Shown here: piece by piece, positions 11,282-23,477 of the stretch
Layout of the letters: every line of letters begins with the position of its first letter
How positions within the stretch are numbered: position 1 is the first letter of the stretch
NCBI GenBank assembly: GCA_036785375.1
Contig: JAWMAR010000268.1
Coordinates: 1,364,001 to 1,428,000 of the forward strand
Direction of reading: 5' to 3'
Length of the DNA: 64,000 nucleotides
Origin: Leucoraja ocellata
Lineage: Eukaryota
The notes under the pieces: generated by a model
What the model saw: only the letters and a program-made list of their open reading frames with translations
Told to the model about the DNA's origin: nothing
The model's database searches: none
Program-made: the position numbers and the translations under genes

Positions 11282-12167
11282 CTAAATCACAAAAGAAATG
11301 TGTGAGAAAACAATCATGTACGGTTTGTCTACTCTGTCAGTAATTTAAAACTTTATTTTTTTTCCAGAAATCTTCAAATAATTGCTTGCTATACAGCCTC
11401 ACTAATATAAGAAACAGGCAAAGTCAATCTTTAGCTGATCAAAGGACAAAGGTAGAGTTAGATGACAGACCCACTATTATTTGACTGGCAGAACAGACTT
11501 AGAGGCTGTGGCCTGCCCTGCTCCTGTTTGTTAAATGGCAGGGTGGGTTGTATTTCCAATGTTTGCTCAGAATTTCTAATGCCTAGTCGAGGGCCATGCC
11601 CAATGGATGCATACATCAAGGTTAGTTTACTCGAACATTCCTTTCTAAATGCACGAGAATCAATGGAAGACCCCTATGAGGGATTCATAACCAGGAGGTC
11701 AAAACTTTAAAGCGAAGGACAAACAATAGATTTTAATGACAAACCTGTTAATTTGTCAACTTCACCTCTGCAATATTGCACTGATAACCCAAGAGAACAC
11801 AATCATTATCAGCTATAAAATAATGACATAGTGGATCCTTAATTAAAGATCCTAGCTCTCCCCTATTTTAGTATCACATCCCTTTTTTGTACCCATCAGT
11901 GGGCAGGTAAAAATCAAATCCCCATCAACTAGCCAGAGTCCCTTCTGCTTCAAAGAATATTTTTAGATGGTTCTTCTCACTTCACCATTAAAACTTTCTT
12001 AAACTCGTTAAATGGTTGCTGGCCAAAAATTCAAAGTATCACCTTAATATATCAAGATTTCAAACGTTAATCAGTATTTTCAAACTGATCCTAATTTTCG
12101 CAATGTGTGTATTTAATCATCAGTATCCAATGAAAACAATCCTGTAAAAAAAATATTTTCACCAACT

Positions 12168-12226
12168 CCCAAAAGGCACTAATACGTCCCAAAGGTGTAC
12201 TAATATTCCCAAAGGTACTAATATTG
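12168..12226. repeat. Short tandem repeat, 3 x ~19 bp (CCCAAAGG(T)ACTAATATT)
   Basis: Three imperfect adjacent copies visible in the sequence. Confidence 0.6.
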
Positions 12227-12499
12227 CACAAGTGCACTGGCCCTTCAGTAACAGCTTATTTAACACACACTGCAGAAATATTGAATCTATTCTATACTTT
12301 TACAATATTCATACACAAAATTCTTCTGGTTGATATCAATGGGTTACATATCACAAAAAATTAGGGACAATTTTTTCCCCCTCTGTGAACCCACGGTAAA
12401 CTATCTAAAAAGTTATCACAAACTAATAGGCATGGTTCTAAGGGACTGTAAATCCTGTTCAACATTCCATCCCATCTACGAGTTGCACTGGAAACTTAC

Positions 12500-12803
12500 T
12501 GCTTCCTTCCGCCTTCGTTCTTGCTCCCGCTTCCTTGCTAGCTCTCGCTGCTGATCCAGCATAGACTGTGAGNNNNNNNNNNNNNNNNNNNNNNNNNNNN
12601 NNNNNNNNNNNNNNNNNNNNNNNNNNNNNNNNNNNNNNNNNNNNNNNNNNNNNNNNNNNNNNNNNNNNNNNNNNNNNNNNNNNNNNNNNNNNNNNNNNNN
12701 NNNNNNNNNNNNNNNNNNNNNNNNNNNNNNNNNNTGCTGCTGTCTTCTCACCTCCTCGTGAGCTCTCCGGGCGCACTCCAAAGCATCCTCCTCATCTCGA
12801 CTT
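12500..12803 (-). CDS. BRD4: BRD4 penultimate exon (RSRDEEDALECARRAHEEVRRQQ…[gap]…[24 protein letters not shown])
   Basis: Acceptor tttccag|A, donor GCA|gtaagt; matches the BRD4 SREDEDALEQARRAHEE…[22 protein letters not shown] segment; contains the N gap 12573-12734. Confidence 0.92.
12573..12734. other. Assembly gap (162 N) inside a BRD4 coding exon
   Basis: Run of N; flanked on the minus strand by CAG CAG CA codons. Confidence 0.99.
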
Positions 12804-12917
12804 CTGGAAATTCAAACCAATATTCGGTCAAAAGCAGTACAAGGGTAGCAAAGCGCCACCTGTTGAGTTCTAGTTCAGTCGGATGTAGACATATTCAATA
12901 CACTTGAGCAATTGTTT

Positions 12918-13080
12918 TGAGTTTTAGTTTTGAAGATACGGCCAGAAACAGGCCCTTCTACCCACCAAGTCCGTGCCAACCAGCAATCCCAGCAAACTAA
13001 CACTATCCTACATACACACTCAGGACAATTTACCATTATACCCAGGCAATAGGCCTACAAATCTGTACTTCTTTGGAGTA
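12918..13080 (-). mobile_element. V-SINE 3' portion
   Basis: Reverse complement of the SINE tail (TTTAGTTT…GATAC…GAAACAGGCCCTTC…ACACTATCCTACA…GGACAATTTAC). Confidence 0.7.
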
Positions 13081-14062
13081 AAAGCAATACCGAAAGCAAT
13101 GGCTTAGAGTTTGCTGCAAAGGAATATCAAAGAAAATCTGGTCATTTACTTGGACTTAAAAGATTTTCCCCATAACATTGGCTGAAAACCTGAGCTAATA
13201 ATATGACCAGGATAACAAAACAGTTTGGAGTCAGAGAGGAAAAGCAAGCAATCATGCATCTCCTCCACCGTTGATTAGGAAATTAAAACCCGACACAAGT
13301 ATCAATAGGAATGGTGATTTCAATGTTAAATTAGATCTAAAAGAAACAAAGGAGGGGGAAAATAATGAATTGAGGAAAAAAAGTACTTTAAAGCCTCAAT
13401 CAACAACAAAAATTTGAAGGAAATGACATTGCAATCTTTCGCTTTTGGTACTATTGAGATTGATTTGCTTTATTAATGCACAGTGATGTTAAATGGGCAT
13501 TTAGACAGGAAATGAATAAACCTCTGTGCATTGTGCTTGTATCTGATATGCAAACATACAAAACAGCTTTCAAGGATGGGAGGAACAGTGTGATGCAACT
13601 CCTACGCAACTTTACCTATATTTCAAATAGGTCCTTTTGTCAGAAGAAACTTGATCATAATTGTTCAAAGATTCAAGTTTCTTCCGCTGCATTCCAAAGA
13701 CTCAACCTGAAACACAGCGCAGGCCAACAATGACTACTTAGTAGACAAATCAAGAAAGGAAGTTGATTTAACAGAGTAATCTTCATCCACAATGGGCCTT
13801 CCTTGTAACAGAGAACTGCTCCTTTCCTGGCACACTTCTACAGGTGCTGAGGTGAGAACATTTTGTGCACAATGAGTTCAGTGGCAATAAGCACCGGACA
13901 CCAAGCATGGCTGGTATACATTAAGCTGGCTGGCAAGAAACGAAGGAAGCAAGGCAAACCTTACAGTAAATGAATTTCACTGTCCCTTGATGCATATGAC
14001 AATAAAGTACAATTGAACTACATCGGCTTGATAGTGCTAAGAAATGGAAAGGCTAGACTTGC

Positions 14063-14289
14063 CGCTGTCTCTCCTGCTCCATGCGGAGACGCTCCTTCTC
14101 CGCTGCCTCGTGTTGCATCTTACGATACTCTTCCTGTGCTTTAAGCGCCTTTTCTCGCTCCTCTTTCTCTCGCGCTGCTCGCCTAAACTGCTCAAAGCTA
14201 TCGCTTGATGATTTTGCCGTAGATGAGGGAGTGGAAGGAGTCTTCTTAACAAGACTTGCCCATGATCCCATGTTCTTGATCTTGAGATC
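14063..14289 (-). CDS. BRD4: BRD4 exon ([16 protein letters not shown]…[26 protein letters not shown]…EQERQ)
   Basis: Highly conserved BRD4 segment; acceptor tttcag|GAT; ends in phase 2 at a GC donor (CG|gcaagt). Confidence 0.94.
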
Positions 14290-14668
14290 CTGAAACATGC
14301 ACGCATAAAGAATGTAGAACTCCAATATGGTAACAACGCACAATTAACTCTCAAGCTGAACAGGTCTAAGAAACCAAAATAAACAATTTAGGTACAATTT
14401 AAGACTTAGTAATTCAAAGAAAAGAATTTGAACATTTCTATTTTAAAATAATATTTAACGTTAGTTCATTGATAAATAACTAAGTAGCTCATTCATCCAG
14501 TTTCATGGACCCAAAAGATCACTGATTCAGAATGAATTACCAACCATCAGAGACATAATTCAGGAAAATAACAATCAAAATAAATATATTTTCTCACAAT
14601 TGAGGAATTCCCTAAGGGGACTTCAGGACAGGAATGAAAACAAGTGGATTGGTCACCAGTTAATGGTA

Positions 14669-15161
14669 AGGGGCTGTCCAACCTGGGCGACCTAATTGGC
14701 GAGTTTAGAAGTTTTAAAAAAAAATGACATGTTGAAGACCGCCTTCAACTATGTAGAAGACCAGTTTTGACTAGCTACGACTAACTTCTGGAAAACTGGA
14801 CGCCGAATAGTGGAGAGTGAAGACGACTTCCTTCAATCTCCCTTCGACCTCCCTTGGACTATCTTGAAGACCATCTACGACCACCCTCGATTACCTACGA
14901 CTAACATGCTGACCTACTAAGACTAAACCTACGAGGTAAAAAAAGTGTCGATTTTTTCCATGGCGACCTTTTTTTACTCGCGGCCATTTTTTAACATATT
15001 GAAAAAAACGCCGCGATCTAGCTGAGGCCTCGAGTACACGGAGACCACTCTCGAGCATGAAGGAGAGCTACGAAGACCTCCTGTCGACCATGCTGCGAGT
15101 ACGAGTCAAGGGCAAACTCGCCAGAACTCATGGATTAGGTCGCCCAAGTGGAACAGCCCCT
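14669..15161. mobile_element. Non-autonomous PIF/Harbinger-like DNA transposon
   Basis: Terminal inverted repeats AGGGGCTGTCCAACCTGGGCGACCTAAT / ATTAGGTCGCCCAAGTGGAACAGCCCCT; internal CTACGAC/CTTCGAC subrepeats; TTA at the right flank. Confidence 0.7.
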
Positions 15162-15223
15162 TTAGTTATCACTCCATATTGGAGTGGACATGGTCATCAG
15201 TTAATGCATGCAATGCCTCTCAC

Positions 15224-15354
15224 CTTTTTGGGAGCCACAGGAGTTTTGGGCGTCTGTTGTTTGTGTTTGTCTTTGTCCTGAGGAGAAGGCTGCGAGCTGT
15301 GTTCCGGAGGCCGAATCACTGGCCCAGCAACTTCCATCTGCTTCATCTCCGCCC
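15224..15354 (-). CDS. BRD4: BRD4 exon (RAEMKQMEVAGPVIRPPEHSSQPSPQDKDKHKQQTPKTPVAPKK)
   Basis: Matches BRD4 RPEMKPVDVGRPVIRPPEQ…KQEPKTPVAPKK; acceptor cctgcag|GG, donor AAG|gtgaga; 131 nt, phase 1 to 0. Confidence 0.93.
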
Positions 15355-15487
15355 CTGCAGGAGGTAAGAACCCAAAGTCCCTCAACACACATTTGAACAA
15401 AAATGATGGAAACATTCTGATCAAGAAGCCTCTGCGGAGGGAGAGAAATAAAAGTGCAGACTCGATGGGCCAAAGATTTATAGGAAA

Positions 15488-15586
15488 GAACTGCAGATGC
15501 AGTCTGAAGAAGGGCCTCGACCCGAAACTTCACCCAATCCTTTTCTCCAGAGATGCTGAGTTATACAGCATTTTTATGTTTACCTT
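15488..15586 (+). mobile_element. Penelope-derived pLTR fragment with hammerhead-like core
   Basis: CTGAAGAAGGGCCTCGACCCGAAACTTCACCC at 15504-15535, followed by TCTCCAGAGATGCTG…GAGTTA. Confidence 0.6.
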
Positions 15587-15859
15587 CAATGGGTCAAAGG
15601 GCCAGTTTCTACATTGTTTCTCTAAAGTCTAAAGTAAATGACAATTTCACTGGAAACAGACGTTGAGAAACGAGCTGATGCAGTCCTCCTGCTTGTGTTT
15701 GCAAGCAGAGTTCCTGAGATTATCTCTGAAGGGCAATGCACTGATTTTTTAATTATGTCTCTTGTTCTGAAGGAAGGTCATAATCAAAGCAGGCGAAGAA
15801 CTTCCGTCATATCTGAAGGGATGATAATGATCCCCAAGGCGATAGAATGTGCTACTTAC

Positions 15860-16025
15860 TGTGACCAAGATGTGGAGGTGGTTTGTTTCCTTCCCTCGGC
15901 TTTGATGGCTCCTGCCGCATTGAAGGACTAAATGGCTCATTTCTGATTACGGGTGAAGAGTGACTCTTCTCTTCTTTCACGTGCACCATCGGTTGCGACT
16001 GTACTATTGACGGTGTTCGGGGTTC
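15860..16025 (-). CDS. BRD4: BRD4 exon ([55 protein letters not shown])
   Basis: Matches BRD4 [21 protein letters not shown]; acceptor ctctcacag|GAA, donor A|gtaagt; 166 nt, phase 0 to 1. Not represented in the ORF track. Confidence 0.93.
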
Positions 16026-17678
16026 CTGTGAGAGAATAAATATTTCTCAGACCATAGCAATCCAAATTAGACTGTTGAGATAAAAGTATCCAAGCTACTG
16101 TGAATCAGTGGTTTCCATTCATGCTACACTAATGTACACCCATAGCAAAATTAACGCATGTAAACAGCAGAATCAAACAGAAAGGGGCACTGTCTGGCAG
16201 GTTAGTGTAGGCGAATACTGTAGTATTAAAACATGCTGGAAATAAATCAGGTCAGGCACCTTCTTAGAAAAGAGAAACATTTAAGGACAGAGACCTTTCA
16301 CTCTGAGTAGTCAGGTTCACTGCATTTTTCTGAAACGCAATAGTTGCGTCATTTCCAAGCAAGTTTGCAAAGATTGCTCCATGCATCGGAAATCTGTGCC
16401 CATTTCTGACAGGGAAGATTTTCCCAGGCTCAGAGGGGAGGAAGATTTAGAGGACAAGTCACAACAGGCCTTGTACAAAGCTGGAGAATTAGTATGCAGA
16501 GAAACTAAACTGCCCGGATTATATGCACTCAAAGTAAAATAGGTCAGTGTTCATTTCTCTACAGTGTTGATGCCCAAATACCATAACTGTGCATGAGAAT
16601 GATAGTTTTAGCTCATTGCTATATATTTAGTTTCATGTTAATGGATAGGTTTAGAATTTCAGGGTCATGATAACTTTCACAAAACTTCAATTTGCCTCAA
16701 ATGAACTCTCAACTGTTAAATGAGAGGTTGCCTGCAAAGTGTACTGTGCAAACTCATATGTACAATTACACAAAATTTAACAAAGATTGAATGCACACTT
16801 TCCTGGTGATTACTTGAATTTGCCTCTGATCGAGGCTTCATTATCAAAGAACAGCTTTCAGAAAAATGCAGGTGAAGTTGCACAGGGGACGTGAGAGCAA
16901 GAGAAAAAATAACTTTGAAAGGAATGAGTCAATTTCCAGAACAACCATTCAATTGGTTCGATTCACTGTTGCTGAATTTGACAAGCTGAACTATTGACAA
17001 GCTTCATTATATTGTGACTGTTGCTGTACCAAACATTCATTATGTAAAGTGTGAGAACATTCTTCATGAACAATGCTTCTCAAAGATTCCCCGATTAGGA
17101 CAATAAGTGAAATTGTAAAGGCATCTGGCTTGATCTCAAGTCTATGACGATCTCAACACAAATAGTGACTGGAGAATTAAAACTGGACAAAGTTTCTGCT
17201 CTTCATCGCTAGCCACTGAACCTTCATGCGAGTCTAAGTGTGCGTAGACAGATTATTAGTATCGTTTTGGTTTTTTTAATGCTCAGCAAAGTTCACTTTA
17301 TTAGATGCATATTTTTAACCAAATGTTTTTTCACCATGTCGTGCAAATACTAATCTTTTTGTAGATGCTGATTTAAAGGCTCCAAAGAGCGTTGTTGTGT
17401 TTCCTCTGCCCATGGCCTCCCGCGTGTCCCCCCCCCGAATTTAGCTGATCTTGCTGACTTCCATCATGAAACACAAGCTTGCCTGCCTCCAGAGCACTAC
17501 GTCCACAGACTCGTCTTCCCTCACCCTTTTATTTTACGATCTTGCCAACTGTGTCAAAATCGGGCACAAAAAATTGAAAAATCCGATTCATTGTTAGGAA
17601 AAAAAAAAAAGAAAGAATATCATGCCTGCTTGGAATAGACTATGCTTTGCTCCATGATACGGAAAATGTGCCTTTTAC

Positions 17679-17785
17679 CTGTTTTTTAGTCTGTACATTT
17701 CTTGGTGGTGACTGGACAAGGGATGGAAATTGTGGCAGTGGTGGGGAATGCATCAGGAGCGGAGAAGACACATCTGCCATATGAG
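17679..17785 (-). CDS. BRD4: BRD4 exon (AHMADVSSPLLMHSPPLPQFPSLVQSPPRNVQTKKQ)
   Basis: Matches BRD4 [22 protein letters not shown]…QSPPQQNVQPKKQ; acceptor tttctcag|CT, donor CAG|gtaaaa; 107 nt, phase 1 to 0. Confidence 0.92.
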
Positions 17786-17984
17786 CTGAGAAAAGCAAGC
17801 AAGAAAAATTAAAACCACAATTTTCCACCAAAGGAAATTTAATTAGCACTTTTTGTACCTTCAGAATTTCCCAAGAACTTTGCAACTTAAAAAAAGTTGT
17901 CACTTTTTATGCACAGTTGTTAAGATGAGACATTTTTTTCAAAGTAGTTAAGGGGTCAATATTTACCAGAACAATGGGCTTTTG

Positions 17985-18320
17985 AAAGGCCTAGATAGAG
18001 TGGACGTGGAAAGGATGTTTCCATTAGTGGGAGAGTGCAGAACCACGTGGGAAAAGCCTCACAATAAAATCAAAATAAGTTTGGAATGAAGATGGAGGTA
18101 TTTCTTTAGCCAGAAGGTGGTGAATCCGTGGAATTCATTGCCACAGACGCCGTGGAGGCTGTAATTGGGCACTTCTAAAGCGGAGATTGATAGTTTCTTG
18201 ATTAGTAAAGGTGTCAAAGATTACAGGGAGAAGGCAGGAGAAAGGGGTTGAGAGGGGAAAATGGATCGAATGGCGGAGTAGACTCAATGAGCCGAATGGC
18301 CTAATTCTTTCCAGTGCCTT
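17985..18320 (+). mobile_element. CR1-type LINE 3' fragment
   Basis: GGATGTTTCCA…TTCTTTAGCCAGAAGGTGGTGAATCCGTGGAATTCATTGCCACAG…GAGATTGATAG…CCGAATGGCCTAATTCT, the typical CR1 ORF2 end and 3' UTR. Confidence 0.8.
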
Positions 18321-18712
18321 ATTCTCCAAATTCTTCAAAACAGTATCAAAAAATATTTTATGTTCATTTGAGTGAAAATGGAATGCTTAGAAAATTATTG
18401 TTTGATGAGTTTATCAAAAGGCGCATCATTGATTTTTTTAAACTTAAAATTGAACTATTATTTCAATGATTTTTTTTCATTTCAAATACTACTTTACGAT
18501 TATGTATAGGCCTGTTTTGGACCAAACATTCTTTAGTTCTGGAACCAACTTGAATTTTTAGCTTTAAATTATTCTGAATAATCTTCACGATTTGTAAAAT
18601 CTTGCTTAACAAAATATTTCTCAGGAATTCATCCCTTTTGTAAATCAAGGATTATTTGATTTGCTGCATAAATGACAGAGTAAGAGACGGATGTTTTTTT
18701 AAGACTCCTTAC

Positions 18713-19294
18713 CTGTGGAGTAGGGATCAGGTTTTGGCTGCCGTGGGGAGTGGTGATGCTGAATGACTTGCTGGGGTTTCGCCTGCGGGGGAGGTTGGTG
18801 GGGAGGCTGCGGGTGCTGGATGTGTGGTGGAAACTGCATGGGCTGCATGTGAAGTGGCCTTGGCTGCTGCTGCTGCTGTTGCTGTTGTACCTGCTGTTGG
18901 GAGAGAGGCTGAGGCTGGGGATGTGTCACAGCCTGAGTGTGGGGTGGAGGCTGGGGCTGCGCGTGAGATACCTGGGGTTGGCTGAGGATGGTCTGGGGCA
19001 GTGGCTGGGGCAGGGACGCAGTCTGGACCGTTGAGAGAAGCGGGGTGTGACTCTGGGCCTTTTGCAGCTGTTGCAGATACAGGTGCATCTGAGAAGCATG
19101 TAGGGGGATCGAGAGATGAGATGGTAGTTCTTCCTCTTCTAGAATAGCTGGCGGCTGAGTCATCTGTGGGGGCTGTAATATAGGCTGTGGGACCATGGGC
19201 GGGGACTGTGCAAGAGGACGAGGCTGTTTGGGAGGTAATGGTGCCGCTTTACCACTGGGTCTGGATGGCTGTTGAGGCAAACTACTGTGCAAGG
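18713..19294 (-). CDS. BRD4: BRD4 Pro/Gln-rich exon ([14 protein letters not shown]…[10 protein letters not shown]…[20 protein letters not shown])
   Basis: Matches BRD4 [14 protein letters not shown]…[10 protein letters not shown]…VIQHHHSPR…DPYSTG; acceptor tttttag|CC, donor G|gtaagg; 582 nt, phase 1 to 1. Confidence 0.95.
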
Positions 19295-19419
19295 CTAAAA
19301 AAAAAAAGAAAACAAAATGATATTAACTTTCAACATATAGCAGAACGTTGCAAGGCAAATATTGATATGTATAGCCAAACCGCACACCTATAGTCAGTGC
19401 TTAGATCACAAGGAAGAAC

Positions 19420-19595
19420 AATGCTGGAATTGTAAAGAAAACACAAAGTGTTAGAGTAACTCAGTGGGTCAGGTAGTATCTATGGAGTGGATAAATAAAT
19501 CACATTTTAGGTCAGGATGTCTGAAGAAGGGCCCCGACTGGAAAAAGAGTCTGAAGGAGAGTTCCAACCCGAGTATCGCCTATCCATGTCCTTTC
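19420..19595. mobile_element. Degenerate Penelope-derived pLTR fragment
   Basis: ACACAAAGTGTTAGAGTAACTCAGTGGGTCAGG and two decayed CTGAAG(A/G)A…CCCGA motifs. Confidence 0.5.
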
Positions 19596-19679
19596 ATTTT
19601 TATTATTTATTGAACTTTTTTTTTTGTCAATTTCTTGTGTTATCTATTGAGTACTGCATTTACAAAGCTGTTACAAAGG

Positions 19680-19842
19680 GAGTTAGATGTGGCCCTTGTG
19701 GCTAAGGGGATCAGGGGGTATGGAAAGAAGGCAGGTACAGGATACTGAGTTGGATGATCAGCCATGATCATATTGAATGGCGATGCAGGCTCGAAGGGCC
19801 AAATAGCCTACTCCTGCACCTAATTTCTATGTTGCTATGTTA
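19680..19842 (+). mobile_element. CR1-type LINE 3' end, nested in a Rex-like LINE tail (19640-19910)
   Basis: GGATCAGGGGGTATGG…GATGATCAGCCATGATCATATTGAATGGCG…AAGGGCC…CCTACTCCTGCACCTA…CTATGTT; the flanks resemble 52255-52360. Confidence 0.75.
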
Positions 19843-20854
19843 TGGTGTTGATGCACGTAAGAATTTAATTGTTCCGTTTAAGGGTCATATTACAATAAAA
19901 CACTCTTAAATAGAGCTCTCTTAATTGACTATCAGATGCCACCTAGCCCACTGAATTATTCCAGTGCTTTTAATATAGGCAAAAAGATACTGGTACTCGT
20001 ATAACAGTTCACGCAAAGATATTGGCTGCTGTACATCACTTGAGACTTTTTAGAGATGCTGGTATGCCATAGTCACTAAACAAAAAGCACTGCCTAGTCA
20101 TCATCCTAGTGTCTTCATTTTCTCCTCTTATTATTATTTGCTCCCGAAATATTGGCACCTTCACTTTTCAATTTTAAAACTGTATTCCAATCATTGACAC
20201 TATTTTCACCACAAGTCAAGAATGATTTCTTGACCAGCACAAAATATACCCATCACCAGCAGTACACATCCCCATCCCCTCACCCCAACATTTGCAATCA
20301 AATATTTGGAAGGTGGCACGCACCATTTGCATTTCCTCAACATTTTACACATCCCGACAAAACAAAACCCTTTTTATTCAACTCTATGGGTTTTCTCTTT
20401 ATTTGCTAAAAGGTTTTCCATCATTACCACTCCATCCATTTTGCAATTTGGCTGGTCTTGGTGAATGGCAATGAGATACAGCAGGATGGTAGACAGAAGG
20501 GAAGGATGGAGGTCCAACATTACAGTAACAATTATTCAATACACTGGCGGAAACCACGAGATACTTTAAATCTTGTGATCTTCCAAGCAGAGTACATGGT
20601 ATAAAGATTAAGACAAAAAACTAGATGCTGAAATCTTAAGAAAAAATCAAATGCTTTTGGAACTCAGTAGATCAGGCAGCATTCACTTTTGACCAGTTGG
20701 ATTCCTCCAGCATTGTGTGTGGTTTACTCAGAATAAACATTATCCAGCATATCATTTCAGTAAAATCTAGAGGAAAAATTAATATTCTATACAATTTCCA
20801 AGAGGTTTCTCAGATGCTTGACCTCACTACAAGGCTGTGATGCTAGCCACACAC

Positions 20855-21095
20855 CTGGTGGAGACACCACTGAATGCTGGGTGAGGTGAGGGGGCGAATG
20901 CTGTTCGGGTGGTGGCGGCAAATGCGTCTGCAGCTCGCTTTGGTGAGGAAGGTGCATTATGGGCTGTCCAAAGTGCGGCATGGCATCATAGGCATTGGTC
21001 AATATCTGTGGCTCCATGATTGGAAGGGGAGTAGGTATAAACTGTGGAGGTGATTGCTTCATCGGCTGTGGAAGCTGATGGTGGTGGTGATGTTG
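20855..21095 (-). CDS. BRD4: BRD4 poly-His exon (QHHHHHQLPQPMKQSPPQFIPT…HSPPHLTQHSVVSPP)
   Basis: Matches BRD4 HHHHHH…SPPPFI…EPQL…HFTQPILHLP…PPHLNQHAVVSPP; acceptor ctctgcag|CAA, donor G|gtgtgt; 241 nt, phase 0 to 1. Confidence 0.93.
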
Positions 21096-23415
21096 CTGCA
21101 GAGAAAAAGATAAAAATTCATTAAAGTTAAGTTTTTGTTTTAAGAAACACATGCTATTTTAATGTATGCATTTGGATTTATGCTGTATGCATTTTCCTAA
21201 CATTTCTTTTCTAATTTCCTTGCCAATTTTCTCTCGAACCTTCCAATATTTGGAACTAATTTTCACCGTCCACAGAGCCAGTTGTCAGCACACTCAAGTG
21301 ATCCAGAAAGCACAACCTCACTCCAGTTTTTCCAACTCTTCCAGCTTCTAAAGCAGATAGAACTGGCCTCCATCTTCACAATTAAAATAATGAACCAGGA
21401 GTGACCAAAAGCCAGAAGAATCAGATTGACTTCTACCTAATTCTAACAGTCTAGTGCAAAATACTATTCCACAACCTTACATGGTCAGACCATTGTGAAC
21501 TGCATGCTGAGACATTGCTACAGACAGAATTGACAGAATTATATTGGAAAAGCAGTCTGAAACTCAGTTATAAAAATTAACTAGAACTTGAGCCACTGTG
21601 ACAATGACATTAATTTTCTCCCTTCTGGTCTAGGATGTTGTGAGAAGAGAGAAAATATCTCAGAGTTTATGTTCTTAATCAACATCCTTCAGGAAAGAGG
21701 AAGGGAAAATTTGTTAGGTTGGGAAGGAAAGAAGCTGTTGACTCAGTAGAGAAGATTCTTAACACCTGTCCAACGTAAGAATCATTGAGTAACAACATGC
21801 AAAATAATATTTCACTGTGCTACTATTTCCATCCATCTCCTGTCAACCCATCCCACCACTCTTCAATCAAAGTACCAATTGGACAGGTCTTGCACAGCTA
21901 ACACTAAATGAAACATTCCCAATTAAGTTCAGGAGCACAGAGAACCACTCATCAGCTAGCAGTTTCTGCCAGTCTGTTGAATTTCCTACAGCAATGAATT
22001 AACTGCACAGGATCCAAATGTCAGGAGTTTGTGAGACCCTCATGCAGTAATAAAATCATTCTTAAGAAGAAGAAAAAAGGAGCACCTAGCTCTCAGTCGA
22101 GTCGTCGACTGGAAACATTAAGGTATTGAACTTGTACTATAATGGAACTTTTAAAATCAAACCTTTACAATACATTTTGTGGCTACGATACATTCCACCA
22201 GATCTCTACAATGATAACTACAGGAGTGATTCTTAACTTTGTGCACAGAAGATGTAGTAGTGATCGCATTAGGCAGTTTAAAAATGTTATAAGAATTTCA
22301 TAAGGTAAAAATATAGAGAAGTAATTCTGCTGCAGTAATCAAGAACCTGGAGGTATTTGTTAACAATGAAAGCGAGGCCATTTAAGAGGTATTTTTAAAG
22401 GGCTGCTAAAACTAGTAACCGCTTCCCCTGAAGACTTCTGGGGAGGGGGTGGGCTTGGAGCTCTGGGGACTAAGATTAACAAAGGTTATTGTGGATAAGA
22501 GCAATAAGAAAATGTCTAAGCAAACAATTTCTATTCTGACCTAAATAAATGACAGCACAAAAGAATGCAAGCAATGTCTGAATTATGGATTTTGGATAGA
22601 ATTGAAAAATGCCAACGGTAAAAACTTGGGATATCTCAAACATGTTTATTTGAAGCTTTATTTGGAAAATTAAATTGAGCTTCACCTTTGGCCATGGTAC
22701 AAATAGCAAACGCCTTCTCAGCAAATTATCATTAATTTCAATTTTTTGCTATTTTTCCTGTTGGAAGGAGACAACTTTCTTCCTCCCAAATACAAAGCTG
22801 CACTTTCAGCCCAGTGTTTTCCATTATTTTCTACCATTTAGTTTCTGCATCATTAATGGCTCAAGCTAAAAAAAAGGTTTACAACCAGTTCAAAAGGACA
22901 TCAAGGAGAACTGGGCGGTGTATAGGAAGGAATGAAGGAATCTCCAGTAAAACATCTACTAATTAGCCAAGCAGAGGTTGCTGAGATTATCAGCAGTGTC
23001 TGGGAGAAATTTATCTGGGATCTTTCAAGGTCTCGAGCTGTGCAGCTATTTCCTGCTAGTAAAAAGTTACAAACCTTCTTATTGTTGCTTAGGCAGAAAG
23101 GCAAATGGCTGGATCATGCTCTTAATGCCCTCCATCCAGACATATATCAACACAAAACACTTTTCAGGAAACTTGCAAATACAGTTTTAAAATAAATTAA
23201 GTTGTGTTGGTTGGTTGTCTTTCAAATAAAACAGGTCAAGGTTGCAGAATCATTAACATGCTGGGACAGGAGAGGTGGAGAAAAGAAATACCAGAGGAAG
23301 GAGTTCGAAATATGTTTAGTTTCTTTTAAGCAGCAAATGAAGAAATGCTCAAAACCCAAGCCACCCCCACCAGTAAACAAACAGCACAGTGTCTCAGACC
23401 AATGTTCATTCCTAC

Positions 23416-23477
23416 CTTCTTTTGCTCCCGTCCAGAGCGACTCTTGTGGCTGCCATGTTTGGTTTTAGGTGGCACCT
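23416..23477 (-). CDS. BRD4: BRD4 first long-isoform-specific exon (EVPPKTKHGSHKSRSGREQKK)
   Basis: Matches BRD4 EMAPKSKKKGHPGREQKK; acceptor cttctgcag|AG, donor AAG|gtagga; 62 nt, phase 1 to 0. Found manually. Confidence 0.88.

Noticed and set aside
18750-19034. Plus-strand Leu-rich ORF (also 63318-63554 and 14081-14293)
   Set aside because: Antisense shadows of BRD4 low-complexity exons.
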